From an uncultured Bacillota bacterium (lineage in GTDB: Bacteria > Bacillota_I > Bacilli_A > RFN20 > CAG-288), in assembly GCA_949300365.1 (NCBI GenBank), contig CASGEC010000003.1, forward strand, positions 53,585 to 117,584: a stretch of DNA of 64,000 nt, in the 5' to 3' direction. The notes below the pieces were generated by a model. That model was not told the DNA's origin, did not search any database, and saw nothing but the letters and a program-made list of their open reading frames with translations. The stretch's first letter is position 1. Each line of letters begins with the position of its first letter. Positions 29,201-37,029 of this stretch are shown here, piece by piece. The position numbers were made by a program, and so were the translations under genes.

Positions 29201-29494
29201 GATCGTGACCTTCTGTCCCTTGGCCAGAGGCAGGGCGTTGTTCTCGTTCCGGAGCAGGACGGCACCTTCGGACTCGATCTCACGGGTGATTTCGCGTCCC
29301 TCGGCCAGACACTCCTCGACAGAGTAGGCACCTTCTTCGCCACCTTCCGTACCCGAATTCGTCGACGTGGATCCGCCGAGGTAGTTGCTCAAGGTGTCTC
29401 CGTATTCCTCAAGAAGTACGTTCGAGCAAGCCACGACCAGACCCAGACCGACGAGAAGACGGGCACCCATCGCAATCTTTTTGGCTTTCCGCAT
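26210..29494 (-). CDS. Membrane-anchored GH3 beta-glycosidase (C-domain / Fn3 / N-domain order)
   Basis: EGAVLLRNEN, PSGRLADT, YVGYRYYET, YPFGYGLSYT, GRNFEYFSED, IKH, GEWGF..LITD (nucleophile); N- and C-terminal TMs. Confidence 0.92.
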   Translation of the reverse strand: MRKAKKIAMGARLLVGLGLVVACSNVLLEEYGDTLSNYLGGSTSTNSGTEGGEEGAYSVEECLAEGREITREIESEGAVLLRNENNALPLAKGQKVTILGAQSYNYINGGTGSAGGKYDEHTYTMKEAFDGSKVDGDSASKEKYLDVNEKAWNWLETAVGGARNVDTSGEYVGHLGDGTEATFKGSDYVNNKDNYGRGDWGGYLRVCEFSRSVYDNHYSSDIANEGYNDVVIVTFARSGAEGASPVMDYDGDGKASTGTTYLQLSQDEKDLLKFCNEHYKKTIVLINSSAAVELGEIEKEEYGVDACLWIGHPGEAGLVGVAQVLTGEVAPSGRLADTYAYDHSTMPSFYNNDDNKYTNVNEIVSGYDKSTNFGYYQYEEGIYVGYRYYETADKMGYFDSSDFTSHAWKNGTASGYDEVVQYPFGYGLSYTTFSQEVINSDVSLDAHGDNSITVRVTNTGKTPAKEVVQLYLEAPYNTDSNCGIKGRGLEKSAKVLIGFDKTQVLEAGQSEDVTINFDTDDLASFDNYGMGCYVLEQGDYQFHIGKNAHEDYTEPVKASLGSSLYYNEEGVGARENDHEVAKVRMSDADAGDGNMLDGYLSRSNFASGMKTIMTHESNCKTEALKDEAVKALACPALESVDYTYQTYEHGEKVTKTVKKYIGGSSYQAYSDGENWEGLTQDDDRYFFDDVNEEHVIDYGAKYYLEVDANGDPLIDEYGQYVITQEETEMPLDVNCPALKTASYDNEIWAYLVDQTTLEEQIAVQGGLGWQTPAVESVGKERMSVVDGPGESGNGQNTYTASTWFTSAVVNASTWNPVLMYKMGQVYAHQSKKNGIGGAYAPAMNTHRTPYGGRNFEYFSEDGFLGGMIGAAEVAGLQSEGIIVFIKHMAFNDNDTNRDGNITWLSEQAAREIYLKDYEIATQNIFVPNEDMTDGTFHAGEGALGIMGALNRVGISWSHEGVYQGIVRGEWGFNGLLITDGVGPYPWVLTPGAGLFGGTEGQLGGSSITTYFEQEGDATTTNYGRYLLRNVMKHMLYQNCHAAQIASVPDESWRNIQIALNVVLGVGMGAIAVFFIVLPIVRKEKETTPLRKEEE

Positions 29495-29571
29495 AGGGTT
29501 AACCTTGTTCCTTTCTTCCCTCGTTAGAAAGAGAGGGAAATTTCGTCAAAAGCGCTTTCGACATCACGTCC

Positions 29572-29599
29572 ATTCTAGGAAACGACACGCTTTTGGCAA
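29572..29599 (-). promoter_or_regulatory. Putative promoter of the GH3 operon
   Basis: Minus strand TTGCCA-16 bp-TAGAAT. Confidence 0.5.
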
Positions 29600-29604
29600 C
29601 GAAA

Positions 29605-29639
29605 CGGGAACAAGCGGTCAACAATCGGGAACAAGCGGT
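29605..29639. promoter_or_regulatory. 14-bp perfect direct repeat with 21-bp period, putative LytTR binding site
   Basis: CGGGAACAAGCGGT at 29605-29618 and 29626-29639, just upstream of the -35 and adjacent to a LytTR two-component system. Confidence 0.7.
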
Positions 29640-29702
29640 TTTTGAAGAAAGAAAGCCCTTACCCTCTTGAAAATGGCCCGGATTCTATCGTATACACATG
29701 GC

Positions 29703-31061
29703 ATGAGTTATTTTTCTTTCTTCGTCGAGCATTACGTCAACCTGTGCTATGGAGCGACTTTCGTCATCACGGAAATCGTGGCCTGCATCGCCATCTCCTT
29801 GGTCTTCAATTCCATCAATTTCCGCAATTGGAAAGACGATCTTGTCCTCCTTGCCGACATCGCCCTCACCTGGTTGGTCCAGTGCTTTGTTCTCTCCTGT
29901 CCGACGTTTGCCATCTTCACGGCCATCGGGCATCCGGAGTATGCCCAGTACACCCGTTTCTTCCTCTGGCACATCCTGGCCTTCCTCCATCTTCTTCCCT
30001 ATCTGAAGAAAGAAAGCCTTCCCCTTTTGATCACCTGCGCCATGGCTTCCTCGACCCTGGTCGTCATGGCAATCAGCTTCTCGGGGTCCTTGGGCTCCTT
30101 CATAACCTCATCCATCGGGGCGCCGAATTCCTTATTGGTGGATTGGACTTTGTATATCATCCTTTTTGGCCTTATCGCGCTCATTGTCCTCTTCAAGGTT
30201 TTTTCCCCGTTCAAATACCGCTATGTCCAAATCGCCCCGATTGTCGTCGTCAATATCGCCTTTGTCCTGACCAACATCGCTGCCGATATCATGGCCTGCG
30301 TTCCTTCCGAACCCGTTGCCGTCTTCCTGGTCATCTTTTCCTTGATCCTCATCGACATGCTCGTCTACGTCATCTTCTATCTGCTGGTCAAAAGCTACAA
30401 TCGGGTCCTCGACTTCCAGGTCCGGGCGATCAAGGCCGAGGGCGAAAAGGACCAGCTCTCCCTCTATGCTGCCCAGGCGGAGGAAATCCATGCCCTGCGC
30501 CACGACATGAAGAACCGGATCAACATCCTCGAGAACCTTTATGACAAAGGCGAATACGAGCAGATGCGTTCCTATCTTGAGGATCTCACCAAGGGCATCC
30601 ACGGGATCCTGGATACCATCGATTGCGGAAATCCCCTGGTCAGCTCGATCATCAACATGGAAATCGCCAAGGCCAAGGCAAAGAAGATAGCGATACAGCC
30701 TCATATCTCCATCCCCAAGACCCTGAGCCTGGATAGCCAGGACCTCTCCTCCTTCCTGACCAACGCCTTGGACAATGCCATCGAATACGAGGAAAGAAAC
30801 AACCTTTCCGAAGCCATAGACGTCTCGCTCTTCAAGGATGGGGACTATCTTTTCTATACGGTCAAAAACGGCTATCGTCCCCGAAAGGATGGCCTAAGCC
30901 TCCTCCATTCCGAAAAGAACGATAGGCGCAACCATGGATATGGCGTGAAGATCCTGAGGAACATCGCCTCGAAATACCAAGGTACCTGCAGCTTCGATGC
31001 CAAGCAGGATGTCTTTGTCTTCCAGGGCATGCTGAAACTGAAGACGGAGGAGGGCATATGA
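29703..31061 (+). CDS. AgrC/VirS-like GHKL sensor histidine kinase
   Basis: About 7 TMs, LRHDMKN H-box, NALDNAIE N-box, HGYG G-box; ORF opens at 29667, start uncertain. Confidence 0.9.
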   Translation: MSYFSFFVEHYVNLCYGATFVITEIVACIAISLVFNSINFRNWKDDLVLLADIALTWLVQCFVLSCPTFAIFTAIGHPEYAQYTRFFLWHILAFLHLLPYLKKESLPLLITCAMASSTLVVMAISFSGSLGSFITSSIGAPNSLLVDWTLYIILFGLIALIVLFKVFSPFKYRYVQIAPIVVVNIAFVLTNIAADIMACVPSEPVAVFLVIFSLILIDMLVYVIFYLLVKSYNRVLDFQVRAIKAEGEKDQLSLYAAQAEEIHALRHDMKNRINILENLYDKGEYEQMRSYLEDLTKGIHGILDTIDCGNPLVSSIINMEIAKAKAKKIAIQPHISIPKTLSLDSQDLSSFLTNALDNAIEYEERNNLSEAIDVSLFKDGDYLFYTVKNGYRPRKDGLSLLHSEKNDRRNHGYGVKILRNIASKYQGTCSFDAKQDVFVFQGMLKLKTEEGI

Positions 31062-31804
31062 GCACGATGGATTTTTCCCTGGCGATCGTCGATGACGATG
31101 CCAAGGACAGGAAGATGGTCTTCGAAAAGCTTGCCGATCTCTTCAAGACCAGGCAGAGGACAGTCCGCATTTCCTCCTTCCCCAACGCCGAAAGCTATCT
31201 CATCGCCCTGAATGCCGGCGATACCTTCGATCTGACTTTCCTGGATATCGAAATGCCCGGAATGGATGGCATCACCATGGCCAAGGAAATGCGGACAGCG
31301 GGAAGGAAGAACCGTATCGTCTATGTCTCCAATAGGGAAGACCTCGTCTTTGACTCCCTGGAGACAAAACCCTTCGGCTTTGTCCGCAAGAGCCACTTCG
31401 AAAGAGACAGCGACAAGGTCATCGATTCCTTTCTGGAAACGATCAAGGAAGAAGGAAAGTCCGTCTTCCTCCTTGTCTCTGAAGGAAGGCAGATCAACCT
31501 CTCTCTCGGGGAAATCATCTACGTCGAAAGCAAGGGCAAGAAACAGTACTTCCACGTCCTTCACCAGAAAGAGAGCCTTCCGACAAGCCGCACGATGAAG
31601 GACATCAAGGGCGAGCTTGAAGACAAAGGCTTTTTGGAATGCTACAAGGGAATCCTGGTCAACTTCCTTGCCATCAAGGTCATCGGCGAGGATTCCATCC
31701 AGCTGAAGAACGGTTCCATCCTCCCCTTGGCCCGGAGAAAGGCAAACGATTTTCGGAAGGAATACATGTATTTGATGCAGGATAGAATTCAGAACGTCTT
31801 TTGA
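31058..31804 (+). CDS. LytTR-family response regulator
   Basis: IVDDD, FLDIEMPGMDG receiver; IIYVES, F..CYKGILVN LytTR domain; 4-bp overlap with the kinase. Confidence 0.92.
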   Translation: MSTMDFSLAIVDDDAKDRKMVFEKLADLFKTRQRTVRISSFPNAESYLIALNAGDTFDLTFLDIEMPGMDGITMAKEMRTAGRKNRIVYVSNREDLVFDSLETKPFGFVRKSHFERDSDKVIDSFLETIKEEGKSVFLLVSEGRQINLSLGEIIYVESKGKKQYFHVLHQKESLPTSRTMKDIKGELEDKGFLECYKGILVNFLAIKVIGEDSIQLKNGSILPLARRKANDFRKEYMYLMQDRIQNVF

Positions 31805-32000
31805 TACTCTCTCTGCTGTTCCGTTTTCAATGATACATTAAAACTTGGTTCTTACTAAGCCTCTCTTTTTCATCTCTTCGCTTTTCCCCTAGCAAGGAAA
31901 GCGCTACGCTTTTTCGGACAAGGCCCTATAATCATTGCCATTGCCTTGGAAAAGGAATAACATACTCCATTTGGAATTTCCTTTCGATGGAGACAATCCT

Positions 32001-33302
32001 ATGATTGCAACTTATGTCATCAGCGCCATCACGATCGTCAGCATGACGCTGTCCTTCTTCCTCTTCCCGCATGTCACGATCCGGGGCAAGAAACTGGATA
32101 CCTATTGGATGGTGACTCTGGCCGGAGCCGTCCTCCTTCTTCTGACCCATATTTCGACGGATAGCGATATCCTCCACCTTTTCATCGAGAACAACAACAC
32201 GAACCCGCTCAAGATCATCGTCCTCTTCCTCTCCCTGACCTTCATTTCCAAGTTCCTGGATGCCGTCGGCCTTTTCGGCTTTCTGGCAACCCGGGTCGGA
32301 AGGATCGGAAACGGAAACCAGCTTGTCCTTTTCTCTGTCTTCTATCTCCTTGTCTCTGCCCTGACGATTGCGACCAACAACGATATCATCATTATCGTCA
32401 CGCCGATCATCATCTACTTTGCCAGGGCCTGCAAGGCCAATCCCATTCCCTACCTGGTGATGGTCTGCTTTGTCCTCAACACGCTTTCGACGACCTTCCT
32501 GACGACCAATGTTTCCAATCTCTATCTGGGATCCTTTTTCGGCATCACCTACTTCGACTATTTCCAGCATCTGACCCCTATCTCCCTGCTTTTGATGGTC
32601 CTTCTTTACCTCCTTCTGATCCTTGTCTTCCATAAGCAGCTTCTTGTCCGGATCAATCCGGAAGTGGAGAAGGAACCGATAAAGGACAGATTCCTTCTTG
32701 CCATCGGCCTTTTTGCCTTGGCCGGGACAACCCTCCTTCTGATCCTGAGCAATGTCATCGCAATCGAGATGTATCTCATCACCCTGGCCTTTGCCCTTTT
32801 CGACCTTCTTGTCGCCATCGCCTACTGCTTCTTGAAAAAGAAGGATAAGACCTACGTGACAAAGCCCTTGAAGTCCTTGCCCTATGAGTTCATCCCCTTC
32901 CTCACTTCCATGTTCGTCATCATTTCCGCACTCAACGAAACGCCGCTTCTCTCCCAGATCGGTGCCCTCTTCAACCAGATCGAATCCCCGGCTATGCAGA
33001 CATTCGCCTATGGTGTCACAAGCGCCCTCAGCGCCAACCTCGTCAACAACGTCCCGATGTCCCTTCTCTTCGGCGATATCCTGAATGCGGCAGGCACGAC
33101 CAATCTCGACAGCGTCTATGCCTGTATCCTGGCAAGCAACGTCTGCGCCTTGATCACGCCCTGCGGTGCCCTTTCCTCCCTCATGTTCATCCGCATCTGC
33201 AAGGAAAACGATGTTCCCTTCGGCTATGGCGCCTATCTGAAATACGCTCCCTTAGGCATCATCCTCCTTCTCTCCGGAATCGGCTTGATCCTGGCCTTCT
33301 AA
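32001..33302 (+). CDS. ArsB/NhaD/SLC13-family anion permease
   Basis: TNNDII, SNLYL, NLVNNVPMS, TPCGALS motifs; GGAGA RBS. Confidence 0.82.
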   Translation: MIATYVISAITIVSMTLSFFLFPHVTIRGKKLDTYWMVTLAGAVLLLLTHISTDSDILHLFIENNNTNPLKIIVLFLSLTFISKFLDAVGLFGFLATRVGRIGNGNQLVLFSVFYLLVSALTIATNNDIIIIVTPIIIYFARACKANPIPYLVMVCFVLNTLSTTFLTTNVSNLYLGSFFGITYFDYFQHLTPISLLLMVLLYLLLILVFHKQLLVRINPEVEKEPIKDRFLLAIGLFALAGTTLLLILSNVIAIEMYLITLAFALFDLLVAIAYCFLKKKDKTYVTKPLKSLPYEFIPFLTSMFVIISALNETPLLSQIGALFNQIESPAMQTFAYGVTSALSANLVNNVPMSLLFGDILNAAGTTNLDSVYACILASNVCALITPCGALSSLMFIRICKENDVPFGYGAYLKYAPLGIILLLSGIGLILAF

Positions 33303-33324
33303 AGAGTTTAGAAAGCATCCTAAA

Positions 33325-33348
33325 AGGATTTCGGCAGAGCGAAATCTT
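33325..33348. terminator. Hairpin between convergent genes
   Basis: AGGATTTCG-GCAGAG-CGAAATCTT. Confidence 0.5.
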
Positions 33349-33361
33349 GATCTAATTGTCT

Positions 33362-35174
33362 CTACGGCTGAACCTTTTTCGGAATGATTGGCAAGAGAAT
33401 GAAGGGTTTGTCGTCCTTTTCAGAATGGATCGTCGTGATTCCATGGAAAGCCTTCGCCTTCCGATCGATGTTGTGCGTATACATGGCTTGGCCTTTCCAG
33501 ACCTTGTCATGCTTTAATAGTCCCAGCATCTCTTTCATCGACAAGGTTCTCATAAGACTGAGCAGCATCCGCGGACGGATATAGGAGGAAATATCGACCC
33601 GTGACCACTTGTCCTTGCTCGGGAAAGAAAAGTCCTTTCCGCCGATATAGAATCCGAGGCGATAGCCCTTGGGAATGATCACGGACGTCGGCCAGACTTC
33701 CACATCAAGCGGAACCTTTTCGTTTTCCCTCAAAGGCTGTTTTTCATCGTGGGTATGATAGGGACGGTAAGGCCTGCTCTTTTCCGGATCGAGCTTTCGA
33801 TGGGAGGCACGAAGCCATCCGTTTGCGATCACGCCGTGTTCATCGTTTGCCGAGACAAAGGAGATATCCTTGCCGTTTTCATCCAGTACGCGCATCGTAA
33901 GGAACAGATCGGCATCCTCCGTTGACGAGGATATCAGGAAATGGCCGGCGATCGGACCTGTGATCTCAAGCGCCTCCGCAAGCGGACCGGTAAAGAAATT
34001 CAAGCCCTTTCCATCGGCCTGGAAGGAAAGCTTAAACGTTTCCGATGGCGTCTTTCTGAGGCTTCCATCCTCATGGAGATAGAATCTTGTCCACTGCGTT
34101 CTCTTTAATGGCCATTCCTGCTCATCCCGGTCAAGAAAGCTTCCATCGACGTTTCTCAGGCGCAAATGGACCGGTGCCTGATGCCACGTGTCCAACCCCT
34201 TGAGATAATGGTCAAGAAAGGACTTCTGCATCTTCCTTCCATAGTCCGTATAGAATTCCGTGAAGTGCTCAAGGCCGTGGATTTCCAGGAACTTGTCTTT
34301 GGAGGAAACGTTGAGATAGCCCTCGACATTCCCTCTCAGATGAAGCGCGTTACCACCCCAGTTGCCGCAGGAAAGGACCGGGATAGCGATCTTGGAGAGG
34401 TCGACCTTTCTGTTTTGATAGACCTTGTCCGTAATCATTTCCTGCTCTGCGATATCCCTAAGGTAGCTTGACCGATTGGCTTTCAGTTCTTTCCGTGAGA
34501 GTGTCTCGGGTCCAGAGACATAGTCGTCGGCTATTTTTCCTTTCTGTCCTAGCTTTCCAAGGCCATGCTCAACGGCACCGACCTGCAAAGGATACCAGAT
34601 ACTGGCAAAATCATGGCCGATACCACCATGGCGGGCAAATTCACGATAGAAGTCGGAAGCCCCCCTCAAAGGGAATGATGTCACGAAGATGGGGCGGACA
34701 TTTCGCAGCCACGGCCCAGAGTATAATGGCATAGTAGGATATTCCAAGACCGGGGATTTTCCCGTCGCTCCAAGGCAATGTGGCGACGTGTTCGATGCAG
34801 TTATAGAAGTCCTGGACCTCTCTATCGGAACAATTGTCGATGACACCCTCGGAACGTCCGGTTCCCCGGGAATCGACCTTGACAACGGCATAGCCTTCCG
34901 GAACCCATTTTTCAGGATCCACGGTTTCCCAGTTCATGTATTTCCCGCTGGTCCCTTCCAGTATTTCCGGATAGGCTTCCTTTATCCTTTTCCAGAACAG
35001 GCCATAGCTTTGGGAAAAATGCATCCCCTTGCTATATGGTCCATAGGTGATAATCGCAGGATAGCGTCCCTCCTTGGCCGGGCGATAGACATCAAAGCGG
35101 ATCTTGATTCCATCATCCATGACGACACAGTTATCCATCTCAATGACCATGCCTTTGTCCTTGATTGTCTTCAT
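33362..35174 (-). pseudogene. CocE/NonD-family serine hydrolase, split by a 1-nt frameshift
   Basis: 5' frame (MDDGIKIRFDVYRP, GPYSK, DSRG, GISY) and 3' frame (ASDFYRE, HLRGN, EWPL, GWLRASHR) join at a G6 tract, + strand C6 at 34660-34665. Confidence 0.8.
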
Positions 35175-35851
35175 ATGTCCACCTCCCCTATGGCATCCGT
35201 GCTTTAAAAAACAAATCAACTATCTTCCCTTTCAGCTCTTTATACACATCAACAACAATTCTAGCATTTACATAACAAAAATGAGAATTTTTAATATCTA
35301 TTCTTGCAGAGAAATCAAAAATTCTTACGAAAAACACGAAGAGATAGATTTGTTTCTCCGCACATTTCCTTCTCGTAAGATTGCCATTCAAGGAGAGGGC
35401 ATCCGCTATGGGTTTTCAGATTTAGATAACATGGCATCGTTTACAGTGCCATCCTTGCTAAAACCGGTCTAATCAAATAGACTCATCGCATTGTACTCAC
35501 CCCAATCCCATAACCAACATGTTTAATGCTTCTTGAGCATTCCAATATCCTCCCAAGTGGTATTGGGACTTCCAGCCTTTCTGGTCATCTCAGTTTCGTT
35601 TAACTTGTTGTCATTCGTGCTGCCACGTTTGAAAAGGTGGAGGCATATTCCCCAAATGCAATCGATTTAAACAATCTCTTTCTTTTAGCTGAAATGTTTC
35701 GGATAAAAACCATTTATGTTCATGTTTATTGCCAACCATTATTACCAATCCCATGTTGCAATAGTTAGTGATAAAGCGATGTGAGTAGACTTTCTTTTTC
35801 TAGTAGACCCACTAACGCTTCAGTTCAAATCTGTGGTAAAGCGGCAAAAAC

Positions 35852-35875
35852 AAAAACTGCTCGATTTCTCGAGCA
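35852..35875 (-). terminator. Intrinsic terminator of ssrA
   Basis: Minus strand TGCTCGA-GAAA-TCGAGCA-GTTTTT. Confidence 0.7.
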
Positions 35876-35927
35876 AACATCGTTCATTTCAATACCCTTA
35901 GTTTGTATCGAAATGTTAGTTATCAGG

Positions 35928-36326
35928 TGGTGGAGATGACGGGAGTTGAACCCGCGTCCAAACAGGATTTTCCAGTGAGTCCTACAGTTTATTCCGGGAT
36001 TGGTCTTGATCGGAAGGGAGGCCGGACAGTCCCTTTCCGATCCAGTGCTTCGGGTTAGTCGTCAGTCAAGGAAGCACGGCTTTTCTGACGACCTCGATCG
36101 AAAGGGCCAACAAGGATGATCGAGGAGATCCAAGCTGGCCTGTGCCAGAGACAAAGCTCTGCGCAATTGCACTCTCTAAGCGAAGCTTAGCAGCAAGCGG
36201 CGGCCATCATAGGGGCCGGAGCACGGAACATGACAGGTTTCTTGGCACTTGTCTTTAGCCGGTGATTAGGTCACCACACCACTGCACTCAAAGGTCTTTC
36301 CTGCCTGTCGAAACCGTAACATCCCC
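35928..36326 (-). ncRNA. ssrA: tmRNA, 399 nt
   Basis: 5' GGGGATGTTACGGTTTCGACAGG; 3' GACGCGGGTTCAACTCCCGTCATCTCCACCA with T-arm, G3-U pair and CCA; internal tag frame at 36246..36187. Confidence 0.95.
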
Positions 36327-36340
36327 AGGTAGGCAAGGAA

Positions 36341-36369
36341 ATTATAGATGGGATCGTCCTTCTTTTCAA
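36341..36369 (-). promoter_or_regulatory. Sigma-70 promoter of ssrA
   Basis: Minus strand TTGAAA-17 bp-TATAAT. Confidence 0.75.
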
Positions 36370-36622
36370 TCGCGGGTTCCTTCTTCCTTCCTTGACGACT
36401 TCGATGATTTTTCCGAGAAGCACCAGGTTGCTTAAGACTATGACCACAAGGTCCTTGTCTTTTCTTCTTTCGCCAGGATTCCAGGATTACTCCTTCAAAT
36501 TCGATGTCGAAATCAACATGGACAATACAGCTTGGCGAGGATACTTCTGGGAACGTCACGATCCCGTCACCCTCAGCAAGACCGAGGAATACGGAGTTTA
36601 CTAGGAATAGCAAGTCTTTGCC

Positions 36623-36900
36623 ATGCTAAAGCAGATTTCCAAATGGTTTGACGGAAAGGAAGCCCTCAAGGACGTTTCCTATGTGTTTTCAGATGCTGGG
36701 TTAGTTTGCAGGGGAAATCGACTCTGCTCAACGTTCTTTCCGGAAAGCTTCGACCCGATTCCAGAGCGATTCTTTTCGATGACAGGCTGCCCGATAATCG
36801 TTCCAGAGTCGTGTTCGGCGACGAGAACGTCTTCTATTTGACTCAGGATTCCCTGCTGTTTGAGGACAGGACGAACTTGCTTGATTTCTTCGGCATGCCC
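36623..36900 (+). pseudogene. Remnant of an ABC ATPase gene
   Basis: MLKQISKWFDGKEALKDVSYVF continues in another frame as GKSTLLNVLSG..YLTQDSLLFE; Walker A is broken; no signature or Walker B follows; 3' end approximate. Confidence 0.65.
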
Positions 36901-37029
36901 AAGTCCTTCATTCGGAAAGTGGCCTCTGCCATCGCTTCAGGAAAAGGAAGCGTCCTGGACGTCCAAGGAAAAAGGCTCACGAAAAAAGGCCGCCGGAATC
37001 GCCAAGGGATTCAGACGGCCTATGTGGAA

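Noticed and set aside
29605-29639. Direct repeat as a mini-CRISPR
   Set aside because: Only two 14-bp copies with a 7-bp spacer and no cas genes; the geometry fits a transcription-factor site.
29703-31804. agr-like quorum-sensing or bacteriocin locus
   Set aside because: No AgrB/AgrD, double-glycine peptide or peptide exporter nearby.
35928-35965. tRNA-like T-arm and CCA end
   Set aside because: It is the 3' end of the tmRNA, not a separate tRNA.
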